Positions 46,201-56,111 of a DNA stretch of 64,000 bases are shown here, in pieces; position 1 is the first letter of the stretch; every line of letters starts with the position of its first letter. The translations under genes and the position numbers were made by a program. Below the pieces are notes generated by a model, which searched no databases, had not been told where the DNA came from, and was given only the letters and a program-made list of their open reading frames with translations. The DNA comes from an uncultured Poribacteria bacterium (GTDB taxonomy: Bacteria; Poribacteria; WGA-4E; WGA-3G), in assembly GCA_958296135.2 (NCBI GenBank), contig CATQHZ020000001.1, forward strand, positions 1,888,001 to 1,952,000, given 5' to 3'.

Positions 46201-48474
46201 TCATTTTCGGATGAGCATTTTGCGCGTCGCCGAAAAGTCACCGGCGTGAAGCGTGTAGAGATAAACCCCACTACTCACAGGCTCCCCTACCTCATTGCGG
46301 CCATCCCAGTAGACTTCCTGCGCTGGAGAGGCATAGTCGCCAGATGGCAGTATGCCCGGCGATAGGACGCGAATGAGTTGTCCTGTTGCGGCGTAGATGC
46401 GTACCGTGACAGGGCTCTCGTTCGCAAGCCGGAAGGGAATCCATGTTTCTGGATTGAACGGATTGGGAAAGTTTTGTAGCAGCTGATTTTGCTTCATCTG
46501 CCCCAAGGTAACGATGCGTTTCCCACGCGGTTCAACGGCAACAGCCCCTGATGGTAACAGTTGCCTCCCATCCCAAATCAGAATTTGCCCTGTCTCATGA
46601 TAGGAGAGGACAACGGAGCCGTCTTGACTCACGGCGAAATACCGTGGAATAGGTGGATGGACAAGAGGTGTGTTGGTTTGCCACTCCCAGATTTGGAGGG
46701 AGTCGTTTTGATCGGCGAAAAGATAGCGTCCATCGGGACTAAAATGCGCGGGAGAGTCTGCATCCAACAACGTTGCTATAAGTTCCGGATGCTGTTGGCC
46801 TAACCTCCAGATTTGGAGGTGCTCTCGGCCCGGCACGGCAAGCACCGTTGAGCCATCAACCTTACCAAACGCATACCTTTCCCACCCATTCGTCCAAAGT
46901 TCAGGCACGTCCCATGCATAGTGGAAGACGAAGGTATCTCCTTCGCGTTTCCATAATAGCACTTGGCGTTCTTCGTCGCCGGTGGCTGCCAAATATGCGT
47001 CATTTTCACTGAACGCAAGCCCATCGAACCATGTGGAAATCCCTCTGTCAGCTGGCACGGCTCTCCTACTCTTCTCAGGATTTTCGACATCAAAGAGGAA
47101 GATTTCTCCATAACCACGTGCGGCTACCCACCCTCCGGTTGAACTGAAGGCAATGTCAGAGTGGCCGCGGGTGTAAGGAAACTGCATCTCAATGGCACCT
47201 GTCTGAAGATTGTAGACTTGAATCCACGGATCTCTGCCGACAGCCAATTTTTGTCCATCGGGAGAAATGGCGAACATTCGGAACGTCCCACCTTCCGCGG
47301 AAATAAGCTGACGCAATTGCTGTGAAGCGAGATGCCAAACTTTAATGAAATAGGGGGATACGGAGACGAGGGTTTGCCCATCAGGGCTCAGCACAGGTGG
47401 GTAAAAACTGCCCTCAAAATCGGCCCACACCCTCAGCTGTTGCCTTGCCTCAATGTCCCACAGGACAATAGCATCTCGATAATGTAGGAGTGCGGTTTTT
47501 CCGTTCGGCGATAAGGCGAAGGCTCCCAACTTACGAAATTCTGTCCCGAACGTATCAAGTTGTTGTCCAGATGCAACATCCCAGACGCGCACCTGGTCAT
47601 CCCAACCTTTCCAAGTTTCGCCGCCCGAAGAATAGAGCGCATCTGTTTCAGTTGCAACGTATAAACGTTGGCTGCCGGGACTAAAGACGGCACCTGAAAC
47701 GTTTCCAATGCCGCTCTCTCTGTCCCATAAAAGTTCTTGCGTCTCCAGACTCCAGAGGTAAATGGAACCCGATTCCGCTCCAGTTGTTGCGAGAAACTCG
47801 CCGTTTGGACTGACAGTCGCCCCCTCTACCCAACTGCCCACATGGCTTTCAAAATGCGCTTCCAAGCGGCGAGTTTCAACGTTCCACAACTCCACATCCA
47901 GCCGTGCCGAGGTGACGATGAGATAATCCGCGTTCGGGGTAAAAACCAAGGTGTGCTCCGCGCAAGTTGCGCCGCCGCTTGCGTGGGAGTGGCACTGTTT
48001 CGATGGCCGACGTTCACCCGTCATTGTGCCGAGCCACTCACCGGTTTGCCAATTCCAGAGATGAATCTTATCGTCAAAACCGATGGCGAACAGCGTGCCT
48101 TTTGGACTGAATGCCCCGGCACCAAGGTAGGCAGGAACTTCCCACTCCGATATTTGTTGGCGCAGTTTGACATCCCAAACAGTAACGCGAGTCGTTTTTG
48201 GCTCAACACCAGGACTCAGAATGGCAAGATGTTCCGCGGATGGACTCAATACCACCTCGCTGATATCGGACTGCTCGGCAAATTCGTCAATAACCGCGCC
48301 TGTCACTGGATGGACAATCTGAAGATGCGTCCATCCAACGCGCAGGATGGTTCCATCTGAGAGAAAGGCGTGCTTTTCTGGAAACGGCTGCCCAATTGTG
48401 CCGACAGGTTCAATAGCAAGGGCAACACACGGTATCCAGATAATGCTGCAAAGCAGGAAAAACAGCGTCTTCAT
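46201..48474 (-). CDS. Secreted WD40 beta-propeller protein with C-terminal FlgD-Ig/sorting-like domain
   Basis: Signal peptide; repeated FSPDG...WD units; NFPNPFNPETWIPF...WDGRN...SGVY tail. Confidence 0.85.
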   Translation of the reverse strand: MKTLFFLLCSIIWIPCVALAIEPVGTIGQPFPEKHAFLSDGTILRVGWTHLQIVHPVTGAVIDEFAEQSDISEVVLSPSAEHLAILSPGVEPKTTRVTVWDVKLRQQISEWEVPAYLGAGAFSPKGTLFAIGFDDKIHLWNWQTGEWLGTMTGERRPSKQCHSHASGGATCAEHTLVFTPNADYLIVTSARLDVELWNVETRRLEAHFESHVGSWVEGATVSPNGEFLATTGAESGSIYLWSLETQELLWDRESGIGNVSGAVFSPGSQRLYVATETDALYSSGGETWKGWDDQVRVWDVASGQQLDTFGTEFRKLGAFALSPNGKTALLHYRDAIVLWDIEARQQLRVWADFEGSFYPPVLSPDGQTLVSVSPYFIKVWHLASQQLRQLISAEGGTFRMFAISPDGQKLAVGRDPWIQVYNLQTGAIEMQFPYTRGHSDIAFSSTGGWVAARGYGEIFLFDVENPEKSRRAVPADRGISTWFDGLAFSENDAYLAATGDEERQVLLWKREGDTFVFHYAWDVPELWTNGWERYAFGKVDGSTVLAVPGREHLQIWRLGQQHPELIATLLDADSPAHFSPDGRYLFADQNDSLQIWEWQTNTPLVHPPIPRYFAVSQDGSVVLSYHETGQILIWDGRQLLPSGAVAVEPRGKRIVTLGQMKQNQLLQNFPNPFNPETWIPFRLANESPVTVRIYAATGQLIRVLSPGILPSGDYASPAQEVYWDGRNEVGEPVSSGVYLYTLHAGDFSATRKMLIRK

Positions 48475-48523
48475 GAGAAACCTCCAAATGCCGATCCGTT
48501 TGTCTTTTAACCATAATAGCAAT

Positions 48524-48540
48524 AGCAATTTTCATGCCAA
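48524..48540 (-). promoter_or_regulatory. Putative sigma54 (-24/-12) promoter
   Basis: TTGGCATGAAAATTGCT (GG-N10-GC) 50 nt upstream of ATG 48474. Confidence 0.65.
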
Positions 48541-48639
48541 CAGAATCGCATTCAAAGGGAGGTTTCAACCGATTTTTCTGACAAAATGCGTCAGGGCTGT
48601 TCAGTTTCTGAACAGAAAATCAGACACTATGCAACTCAT

Positions 48640-49446
48640 CTATTGCGATGCGGAAATCTTCTCGCGCAAGAAACCTGTGCAAAAAGGCACTTGCGCCTCC
48701 GAAAGTCCGTGCAGCACAACCGCGCCTTCATAACCCGATTGCTTGAGCAAACTGAGATACTGCTCGTAGTCCAACAAGCCGGTGCCAGCGGCGAGATGTC
48801 CCGCTTGGCCGTCTCTGTCCAAGTCTTTCGCGTGTGCGAGCGCGATGTCTTCGCCAAGGAGGTCGAATGCCTCATCGATAATTTCGCGCATCCGCGGCAG
48901 TTCGCCTTTGTGGAAGATGTTCGCGCCATCCATCACCACCTTCAGATGCGGCGACTGCATTTCGTCAATCAAGCGACGGGCCTTCTTGGCAGAATCGACG
49001 ACGTTCGCCACTTCCGGCTCAATGGCAAGCGTGACGTTGTATTCCTGTGCCACCTCTAACGCCTGCGCCATTGACTCCACCAGATCTTGCCACGCCGATG
49101 CCGTATTATTATCGGGATGGGCGCGCCACATGCTGTCCGCATCGCGGCTGCCGGTGCAGAGTGTCATCACCGAAGTGCCAAGTGGTTCGCACGCCGCCGC
49201 GACAGAACGCAACATGTGTAATCCATCGTGGCGTTTCTGCACATTCGGATGAACCATGTTGTAAGTGCCAGACAACGCAGATACGGTTATCTGCCGAGCA
49301 TCCAACGCCTTGCGAATCTCCGCCAGCGGCGGTGCTGCTGCGGAGACGTGATATTGTAAATGGTAGATACCGTGTTTGACGATGGCATCCAGCGTTTCGC
49401 CGAGCGTTTGCCGGCGGATGGTGCCTTCCATCAGTCCGATTTGCAT
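48640..49446 (-). CDS. Sugar phosphate isomerase/epimerase (xylose isomerase-like TIM barrel)
   Basis: LAIEPE, MDGAN, HAKD, GTGLLDY. Confidence 0.85.
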   Translation of the reverse strand: MQIGLMEGTIRRQTLGETLDAIVKHGIYHLQYHVSAAAPPLAEIRKALDARQITVSALSGTYNMVHPNVQKRHDGLHMLRSVAAACEPLGTSVMTLCTGSRDADSMWRAHPDNNTASAWQDLVESMAQALEVAQEYNVTLAIEPEVANVVDSAKKARRLIDEMQSPHLKVVMDGANIFHKGELPRMREIIDEAFDLLGEDIALAHAKDLDRDGQAGHLAAGTGLLDYEQYLSLLKQSGYEGAVVLHGLSEAQVPFCTGFLREKISASQ

Positions 49447-49508
49447 GGGTTTTCTCTCCTACTGCGCGGGGGGCGGATATGAGCATCCGCCCCCAAACAT
49501 ACTTAGTT

Positions 49509-50951
49509 CTATTCTTCCGAACGCTCAGAAGATTTACCACCGAGGAGCTGTTCGATCAATTCTGCTGTCTCTGCATCATCGGTTTTGAGCCGGCGAAGAC
49601 CCTCCCTCGGTCCATAACGGTTCAAGGTTTCCATTGCGCGCTGGAGACGTTCCGGTTCCAACTGCGCCAGCCTCGCCCGATAGTTGGCTTCTGGCTCCAA
49701 CTGCTTGCGGAGCTCCGCCTCAATACTTTCGTCTGTAGGAAGTTCCGGCACCTGCGGCGTGAGCAGCTCCTCAAGTTCCGCATCGCTTAGCGTTGTCCAC
49801 TCGCGGGCCCGTTCTTGCGCGCGTTCAAATGCCTCTTGCGCAGCGCGGGCGGCTCCCTGAACCCGGTCTGGCGCGTCATCAGCAGGTTCGGATGTGGATT
49901 GCGTTGAGAGATCCAAGGGCTCTGGCATCTCTATCGCAGCACCGTCGGATGGAACAGGTTCTGCAGTTGAAGTTGGCGCGGGTTCAATGCCCATCTTCTC
50001 GCGCACCGCCTCACGCGAGGGAAGGGGAGCGTCGTTGAGAACATTGCCTTTCTCATCAACGTAGACAACTTCCCAGCCCTCCGGTTCTATGCCTCTGTAA
50101 AGCAGTTCAAACCGCTGTTTTTCAGAGAGTCGCGGTCCCACAATTTCCGTTATCTTCCCACTCTCATTCCTTGTTACCGAACTTGACATTGACGCAATAG
50201 AGGCATCTGTTCCCGATCTCTGAACATACATTCTCCCTGGAGTAGATGGAAGAACATTTTCACCTATCGTCGTCCAATTGTCCACGGAGGCATTGGATTG
50301 CTTTACCTCTCGGACGCGTTGATACTTCTGAAGTTGGCTATCAATGAACGCCATTTTCGCGGCATCCCAGTCATTTGCATCGGAACTATGTTCCTCGCGA
50401 AACAGTCTCGTGCGAATGTTCAGATAGGCCTCATAATCGTCAAAATTGTGAATGGTGGTGCCTTTTTCAAGGAGCATCTGAATCCACTCGGCGCGTGGGT
50501 GTTTCGCGTCCACTTCATCCTGCGTCCAACTGACTTTTTGGCGAAACTCCCCATTTTCGTCCTCAAGCGAGAAAGTCCCGCTCGCGCCTTCGTTCCTCAT
50601 ATCGTATTCGACATCAAACGCTTCTATGAGAGCTGCAACGGTTTGCGCCCTAGGATGTATCGCTCTGATACCGGAGAAAAGGGATGAATTTCGGCGTTGC
50701 ACTTCGGCGCGCTTCTCAAATTTCGCGCGCAGTTGGTGCCGGATGTCAGCAACCTGTGCGTCGTTCAGCGGTTCGGCATCCGGGTTCTCCTTCGCAAAAT
50801 TTTCAATTGCGTGGTTGACAGCGGTTTCTGTCTGTTCATCCACCCAGTTATCCCACCCCGCCTTGGAACTTTGCTCGGCGCGCCACACGAGGAAGGCAGC
50901 TCCCAAAACGAGCGAAAGTAACACGGCGAGGACAATGTGTCTGGCTTTCAT
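49509..50951 (-). CDS. Hypothetical membrane-anchored/exported protein
   Basis: 480-aa ORF with N-terminal hydrophobic segment, GGAG SD and Pro/Ala/Glu-rich linker; no family recognised. Confidence 0.7.
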   Translation of the reverse strand: MKARHIVLAVLLSLVLGAAFLVWRAEQSSKAGWDNWVDEQTETAVNHAIENFAKENPDAEPLNDAQVADIRHQLRAKFEKRAEVQRRNSSLFSGIRAIHPRAQTVAALIEAFDVEYDMRNEGASGTFSLEDENGEFRQKVSWTQDEVDAKHPRAEWIQMLLEKGTTIHNFDDYEAYLNIRTRLFREEHSSDANDWDAAKMAFIDSQLQKYQRVREVKQSNASVDNWTTIGENVLPSTPGRMYVQRSGTDASIASMSSSVTRNESGKITEIVGPRLSEKQRFELLYRGIEPEGWEVVYVDEKGNVLNDAPLPSREAVREKMGIEPAPTSTAEPVPSDGAAIEMPEPLDLSTQSTSEPADDAPDRVQGAARAAQEAFERAQERAREWTTLSDAELEELLTPQVPELPTDESIEAELRKQLEPEANYRARLAQLEPERLQRAMETLNRYGPREGLRRLKTDDAETAELIEQLLGGKSSERSEE

Positions 50952-51085
50952 GGTAGTTTCTCCATATAGTGGGCAAATTGCCTTGAGAAAAAAGAGCGTC
51001 CCTTATCAGCCTTTCACTTGGATAGAGTCTATTGAACCGAAAAAAGATAGTAAAATCGGAAGATTGCGAGGGACAGGCCCTCGCG

Positions 51086-52354
51086 TTACGTTTCACAGAT
51101 AGTTTTTCCTCTCCTTAACGCGCCCAGCAAAGAAACCATCTCCTCTTGAATCACTCCCTCCACAAACGGTTCCAATGCCAACCGATACGGCCCACTCAGC
51201 GCATGGTTTCGCGGGCCTGCTTCGTAGCCGCCACGCAAGCCCAACTCGTAGGCACGCTGCGTCGCAACATAGACTTCGCTGCCGTTGGTATAGCCGAAAA
51301 CGAACGTGTGTCTGAACGGCGAATTTTCATCGGCAAACAACTGATACTCCGAGAAGAGTTCGTGCGAGACGGAGAGGAAACAGAGCGCATCGCCGACAGC
51401 AAAGCCACTCATCGGAAACGGCAAAGTCCGTTTTTCACCGCTTTTGGCAACCTCTAACAGCGCGACGTAACGTTCGTCATCGGGAAATTCGGCGATAAGT
51501 TGCTCACACTCGGCAACCGAAGGTGGGGAACGAAACGGTAAATTCAGGAGAACGGAACGCGCTTTGAGCGGTGCAGATCGAACCTCTTCCGCCGTGCTTA
51601 ACGCTTGCGCTGCCGCAAAGGCGAGCGCGAGCCCGGCGACATCGCACGCGCTGAAACCGCCGCGCAACGGATACCCGTTGATATCCGCCGCGCACCCCTG
51701 CGCGAACATTAAAACGGTCTCGGGTTTCAAATCCGCACCGATGAAATTGCGCAGATGATTGACAGCGTAACCGGGGTAATCCGCACCCATCTCATCGCTA
51801 GCCCAGTGAACAATCACGGGATGCGCGGCATGCGAGAACAACACGGCGATGAGCTGCCCGTTCGCATCGTCTACACCTAACACGTCAACCCACGGCACCA
51901 CCGGCCCTTCGGGATTTGGTGCCATCGTGATATAACCGTCGTCGTTCATCAGTCGGCGGTTGTAGCCAATCTGCCCCGAGGCGCGTCCGGCGCGTAGTGT
52001 CGCCGGTTCAAGTGCCACCACTGCATCCGCTACCAATTCTGCCAGACAGTTTGCCAGCCACGCTTCGGATTCTTCGGTTATCCAGCGTCCATCAACGCCG
52101 GGCGCGTTGTGCGTGTGGCTACAGTTGATGACGATGTGCTCGGGTGGGATATCGGTGGCACGGTAGATTGCGTCTAGCAGCACCTTGTTATAGTCAAGCG
52201 GAAACTGCCCGAAGTCTGCCGTGACAATGGCGAGCCGTTTCTCGTCATCGGCAACCACCAACGCGCGGGCATAGAGTTCGGCGTAGACTTCGGGCCTGTC
52301 CTTTATTTTGGTAATGGGGGTTTCGGCGGCACCTGCCCTTAACGTGGTGTTCAT
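51086..52354 (-). CDS. Neutral/alkaline ceramidase-like hydrolase
   Basis: LYARALV, SHTHNAP, HAAHP, ADYPG, QGCAADIN, GGYE. Confidence 0.75.
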   Translation of the reverse strand: MNTTLRAGAAETPITKIKDRPEVYAELYARALVVADDEKRLAIVTADFGQFPLDYNKVLLDAIYRATDIPPEHIVINCSHTHNAPGVDGRWITEESEAWLANCLAELVADAVVALEPATLRAGRASGQIGYNRRLMNDDGYITMAPNPEGPVVPWVDVLGVDDANGQLIAVLFSHAAHPVIVHWASDEMGADYPGYAVNHLRNFIGADLKPETVLMFAQGCAADINGYPLRGGFSACDVAGLALAFAAAQALSTAEEVRSAPLKARSVLLNLPFRSPPSVAECEQLIAEFPDDERYVALLEVAKSGEKRTLPFPMSGFAVGDALCFLSVSHELFSEYQLFADENSPFRHTFVFGYTNGSEVYVATQRAYELGLRGGYEAGPRNHALSGPYRLALEPFVEGVIQEEMVSLLGALRRGKTICET

Positions 52355-52390
52355 CGTGGGCCTCCTATTTCCATTCTGCGGAGATGGCGG

Positions 52391-53449
52391 TTACGTCAAA
52401 TCCGCCAACTGCGGCATCACCTCATTCCGCAGCAAATCCATGGAATGCACCCACTGCTCCTTGGGCTCCCACTCATGTCCCATCGTGAGGAGCATGCCGA
52501 AGCCGCCGACTTCCTCATAGAGTTCGCGCAGACGGTTCGCGACATGCTCAGGGCTGCCGACAATCCACAGCGTATCTAAAAGATGCTCCAGACATGCCTC
52601 GACATCAGCAATGTCCGGATCTTGCTTGAATTTCTCCCATCCGAACAGACGGAACCAGTAATCTCGGAAATCGCGGGCGAGTGTGCCTTCGAGTGCCTCT
52701 TTGCGCGCCCGTTCGGTTGTATCGGCGACGTAGACCTCGCGGGCGATGCGCCAGGTAGAACGAGAGGGCGAGCGCCCGGTTTTTGCCGCCCCTTCCTCAA
52801 CGGCATCCCAGTGCGTTTTGATAACAGAAACCGGTGCGAGATTGATGCTCATCGGCATCCAGCCACGCTCGCCCGCTAAGATGAGCGTGTCGGATTTGGT
52901 AGAAGAGCCAGCTAGCGCAATTGGCGGGTGCGGTTTCTGATACGGCTTCATGTGGATGCTGACGATGTCCGGGCGCGTTTCAGGGATTTTGAACTCCCAG
53001 AAATCGCTTTTGTAGTGGCCGGGCTCCGGGTCCTCCCAGATTTTGAGGACAGCCTCAATGCCCTCGCGCGTCGCGCGCCGTCTGTCGCCATCAGCCATGA
53101 ACATCTCCGCGTCGCTTGGGGTGGAACTCGAGCCGACACCCCAGTGGAAACGTCCATGTGCAAGATGGTCCAGTTGCGCGATGCGATGCGCGACAACCGC
53201 GGGGTTGTGTATCGGCATGCAGGTAATCCCGGTGCCGAAGATGATGTTTTCTGTCATCGCGACCGCTTTCGCGATGAAGAGATCCGGGGATGGGATATTC
53301 TCCCACGTGAAGGTGAAATGCTCACCGATGTAGGCTTCTTTGTAGCCCATCCGGTCCAGCGTCACCATCTGCGCCATGTCATCGTCCAGCGTTTTCGTGG
53401 TGTCGCTACCGGGGGGATGCAACGGCATCGTGAAAAAACCGAGTTCCAT
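52391..53449 (-). CDS. LLM-class (luciferase-like) flavin-dependent monooxygenase
   Basis: MELGFFTMPLHPP, IGEH, LDHLAHGR, PYQKPHPP; AGGAG SD before ATG 53449. Confidence 0.9.
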   Translation of the reverse strand: MELGFFTMPLHPPGSDTTKTLDDDMAQMVTLDRMGYKEAYIGEHFTFTWENIPSPDLFIAKAVAMTENIIFGTGITCMPIHNPAVVAHRIAQLDHLAHGRFHWGVGSSSTPSDAEMFMADGDRRRATREGIEAVLKIWEDPEPGHYKSDFWEFKIPETRPDIVSIHMKPYQKPHPPIALAGSSTKSDTLILAGERGWMPMSINLAPVSVIKTHWDAVEEGAAKTGRSPSRSTWRIAREVYVADTTERARKEALEGTLARDFRDYWFRLFGWEKFKQDPDIADVEACLEHLLDTLWIVGSPEHVANRLRELYEEVGGFGMLLTMGHEWEPKEQWVHSMDLLRNEVMPQLADLT

Positions 53450-53763
53450 GAAAGTGCTCCTCTTGTAAGCGGGCGTATTCTGTCCGATGCGTGGTTGGAA
53501 ACCGCGCCTACGGGGCCCGTTTCCGCGTAACTTATTTAAAAAACGTGACAATCTAGGCAAAATGTGTTATTATATGCATGCATTTCTTGTTATGAAGGTT
53601 CCGTAATTAAGGCGGGCATTTTCGGATGGCGTGCCGCGAGAGACTGTAAAGGCGGATTTCTATAGTTTCCGCCCGTATCGCTCGCCAGAAATAACCCGTT
53701 TATTTTTTGAATCTTCATTACAAGAAATTAGCATAAACTCAAACATTTTGCAAGGAGAATTTT

Positions 53764-54960
53764 ATGAAACTCAAATTTTTCACGTTAACGGCATTCGTTT
53801 TGCTTTCCGTTCTCATCGTCTGCCTGTCAGGGTGTGAACGGGTAAGAACGGTGGTTGTGCCCGATGATACAGCCGCACCGATGGCGGATGCGACACTAAA
53901 AATCGGGGTGATTCAGCCATCGAATACCTTCTCCACCTTTAGCCAAGGTGCGGAAACTGCACGCGCTCAAATTAACGAAAAAGGCGGCGTGCTCGGCATG
54001 CAGGTGGAGTTTATCTCGCGGGATAACCAACCCGTGGCGACTGCACCCCCAACACCGGAAGCCAGCGCGATCGCGGCGACTGAACTCATTGAAATGGCGA
54101 ACGTCTTCGCGCTCCTCGGCCCGGTCTACTCTACCAATACTGTCGCCGTGGGCCCAATTGCGCAAGAGGCACAGCGGCTCTTGCTGCCCGGTTCAAGCGG
54201 TTCGCACGTACCAGAGAGCGGGAATCACGTTTTCCTCATCACCGTGCCAAACGCCTTCCAAGGCAGTGTCATGGCGAAATTCGCGATGGATGCTGATGAA
54301 CTCGGTGCCAAAACGGCGGCGACAATTCATCAGCGCGACGACGTTTACTCCGATGATCTGGTGCAGGCATTTCAAACCGCTTTTCAGGAAATGGGCGGTG
54401 AAATCGTCAGCAGCAGCACCTATACCGTCGGTGATGCGACGTTTAGCGAATTGCTGGCAGAAATTAGCGCGGTAAATCCTGACGTTGTTTTCTGTCCGAG
54501 TTTCCTCCCAGAAGTCCCACTGCTCATCAATGAGGCACGGAAGATAGGCATCAACGCGCCCTTCCTCGGCGGCAGTGCTTGGGATGACAGAGAGCGGTTC
54601 CTCAGTATTTTGGAGGATAACACCGTTTTAAATGGAAGTTACTATCCCACGAACTTCTCAGTGGCTACCCAGGATGCCGATGTGCAAGAATTCGTGCAGG
54701 GCTATATGGCACTCTTTGAGAGTCCGCCTGATGGCATCGCCGCATCAGGCTACGATGCAATGCGGCTCTTGGCATTGGCGATAGAGACAGCCGGTTCGCT
54801 GGACGCGGTTGCTGTTCGCGATGCCTTCGCCGCAGTCAGCGGTTACAAAGGGGCCACAACAATTTCGCACTACACCGAAAACCGGCACCCTGTCAAGAGT
54901 CTCGCCATCCAGACATATCGCGAGGGACAGGTAGAGCTCTACAAAATCGTGGAGCCGTAG
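53764..54960 (+). CDS. Branched-chain amino acid-type ABC substrate-binding lipoprotein
   Basis: Lipobox LSGC; INEKGGVLG, GPVYS, GYDA. Confidence 0.85.
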   Translation: MKLKFFTLTAFVLLSVLIVCLSGCERVRTVVVPDDTAAPMADATLKIGVIQPSNTFSTFSQGAETARAQINEKGGVLGMQVEFISRDNQPVATAPPTPEASAIAATELIEMANVFALLGPVYSTNTVAVGPIAQEAQRLLLPGSSGSHVPESGNHVFLITVPNAFQGSVMAKFAMDADELGAKTAATIHQRDDVYSDDLVQAFQTAFQEMGGEIVSSSTYTVGDATFSELLAEISAVNPDVVFCPSFLPEVPLLINEARKIGINAPFLGGSAWDDRERFLSILEDNTVLNGSYYPTNFSVATQDADVQEFVQGYMALFESPPDGIAASGYDAMRLLALAIETAGSLDAVAVRDAFAAVSGYKGATTISHYTENRHPVKSLAIQTYREGQVELYKIVEP

Positions 54961-55031
54961 TCTCGCTGTTGGACTGTTATGGGCGGCTTTTTATATCCAC
55001 CCGAGCCGCCCATTTTCGGAGGGAGATTCGT

Positions 55032-56075
55032 ATGACACAAACCATTCACCTGGGAGTCGTTGGCTGTGGCTGGGCAGGTTGCCAAGCCATCCGCGCCGCG
55101 AACGCGACATCTCGGTTAAACGTTATCGCCATCGCCGAACGTGACTCAAGTCGCCGGGAGCAGGCAGGCACTGACTATGCAGTTCCACATCACCACAGCG
55201 ACTATCAAGAGCTCTTGGAGAATGCCGATGTTGATGCTGTCTACCTCGCCACATCTCCTGCGGGCCGCTTGCAGCAGGTGTTGGATACATTGAGTGCTGG
55301 CAAGCACGTCTTGGTTCAGAAACCGCATGCGATTCGCGCGCCGGAAATCCTAGAGATGGAAGCGGCGGCGGCGCAATCCGGGAAAACGCTCCAATTCTGC
55401 TATTTTATGCGTCACTTTCCGCAGAATCGGCAAATTCGACGGGCAATTCAGAACGGGAAAATCGGCACGCCATACCACGCCCGCGTCTTCGGGAAATATA
55501 ACTTCATTCCCGATTTTGATGAAAATAGCCGCTGGCTGCACGTCTACGGACAAAAAGGCGGTTCATTGGGACAACACTATTCACACGAGCTCAACCTCAC
55601 GTGGTGGTGGATGGGCTGTCCGAAACCAGAGTGGGCGTTTGCATCCAGGCATGTGCTTTATCCGCAGTATGACGGACCGGAGGGGCCTGCCGAGGATTAT
55701 TTCAGCGGCCTCGTCGGCTGCGAAGGTGGGAAAACCCTCCAGATTGACTGCTCCCGGATGAGCCATTCGGATTCGGCGAGTGTTGTTGAATTTTACGGGA
55801 CTACCGGTGCAATCACGAACGGCGGCATCTCGCGATTCAAAGATGGCGAATTCATCAGAGAACCAATCGATGAACCGGTAGAAATCGAGCACGGTGAGTT
55901 ACCAGAAGAGGTCCCGGTTTTCTTCTATGAGCTCAACCACTTTGCGATGGCCATCGCGGGGGAAATCGCGCCGGATGTTTCCGCTGACGATGCCTATACG
56001 TTCATGAAAATTTTGGATGCCCTCTACGACAGCGCGAAGAGTGGGGAGAAAGTTTATATCGCTCATCAACGGTAG
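55032..56075 (+). CDS. Gfo/Idh/MocA family oxidoreductase
   Basis: GVVGCG, DVDAVY, GKHVLVQKP. Confidence 0.85.
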   Translation: MTQTIHLGVVGCGWAGCQAIRAANATSRLNVIAIAERDSSRREQAGTDYAVPHHHSDYQELLENADVDAVYLATSPAGRLQQVLDTLSAGKHVLVQKPHAIRAPEILEMEAAAAQSGKTLQFCYFMRHFPQNRQIRRAIQNGKIGTPYHARVFGKYNFIPDFDENSRWLHVYGQKGGSLGQHYSHELNLTWWWMGCPKPEWAFASRHVLYPQYDGPEGPAEDYFSGLVGCEGGKTLQIDCSRMSHSDSASVVEFYGTTGAITNGGISRFKDGEFIREPIDEPVEIEHGELPEEVPVFFYELNHFAMAIAGEIAPDVSADDAYTFMKILDALYDSAKSGEKVYIAHQR

Positions 56076-56111
56076 GCGCGCTTTAGTAGCGCGCTGTAAG
56101 GAGAGCACATT

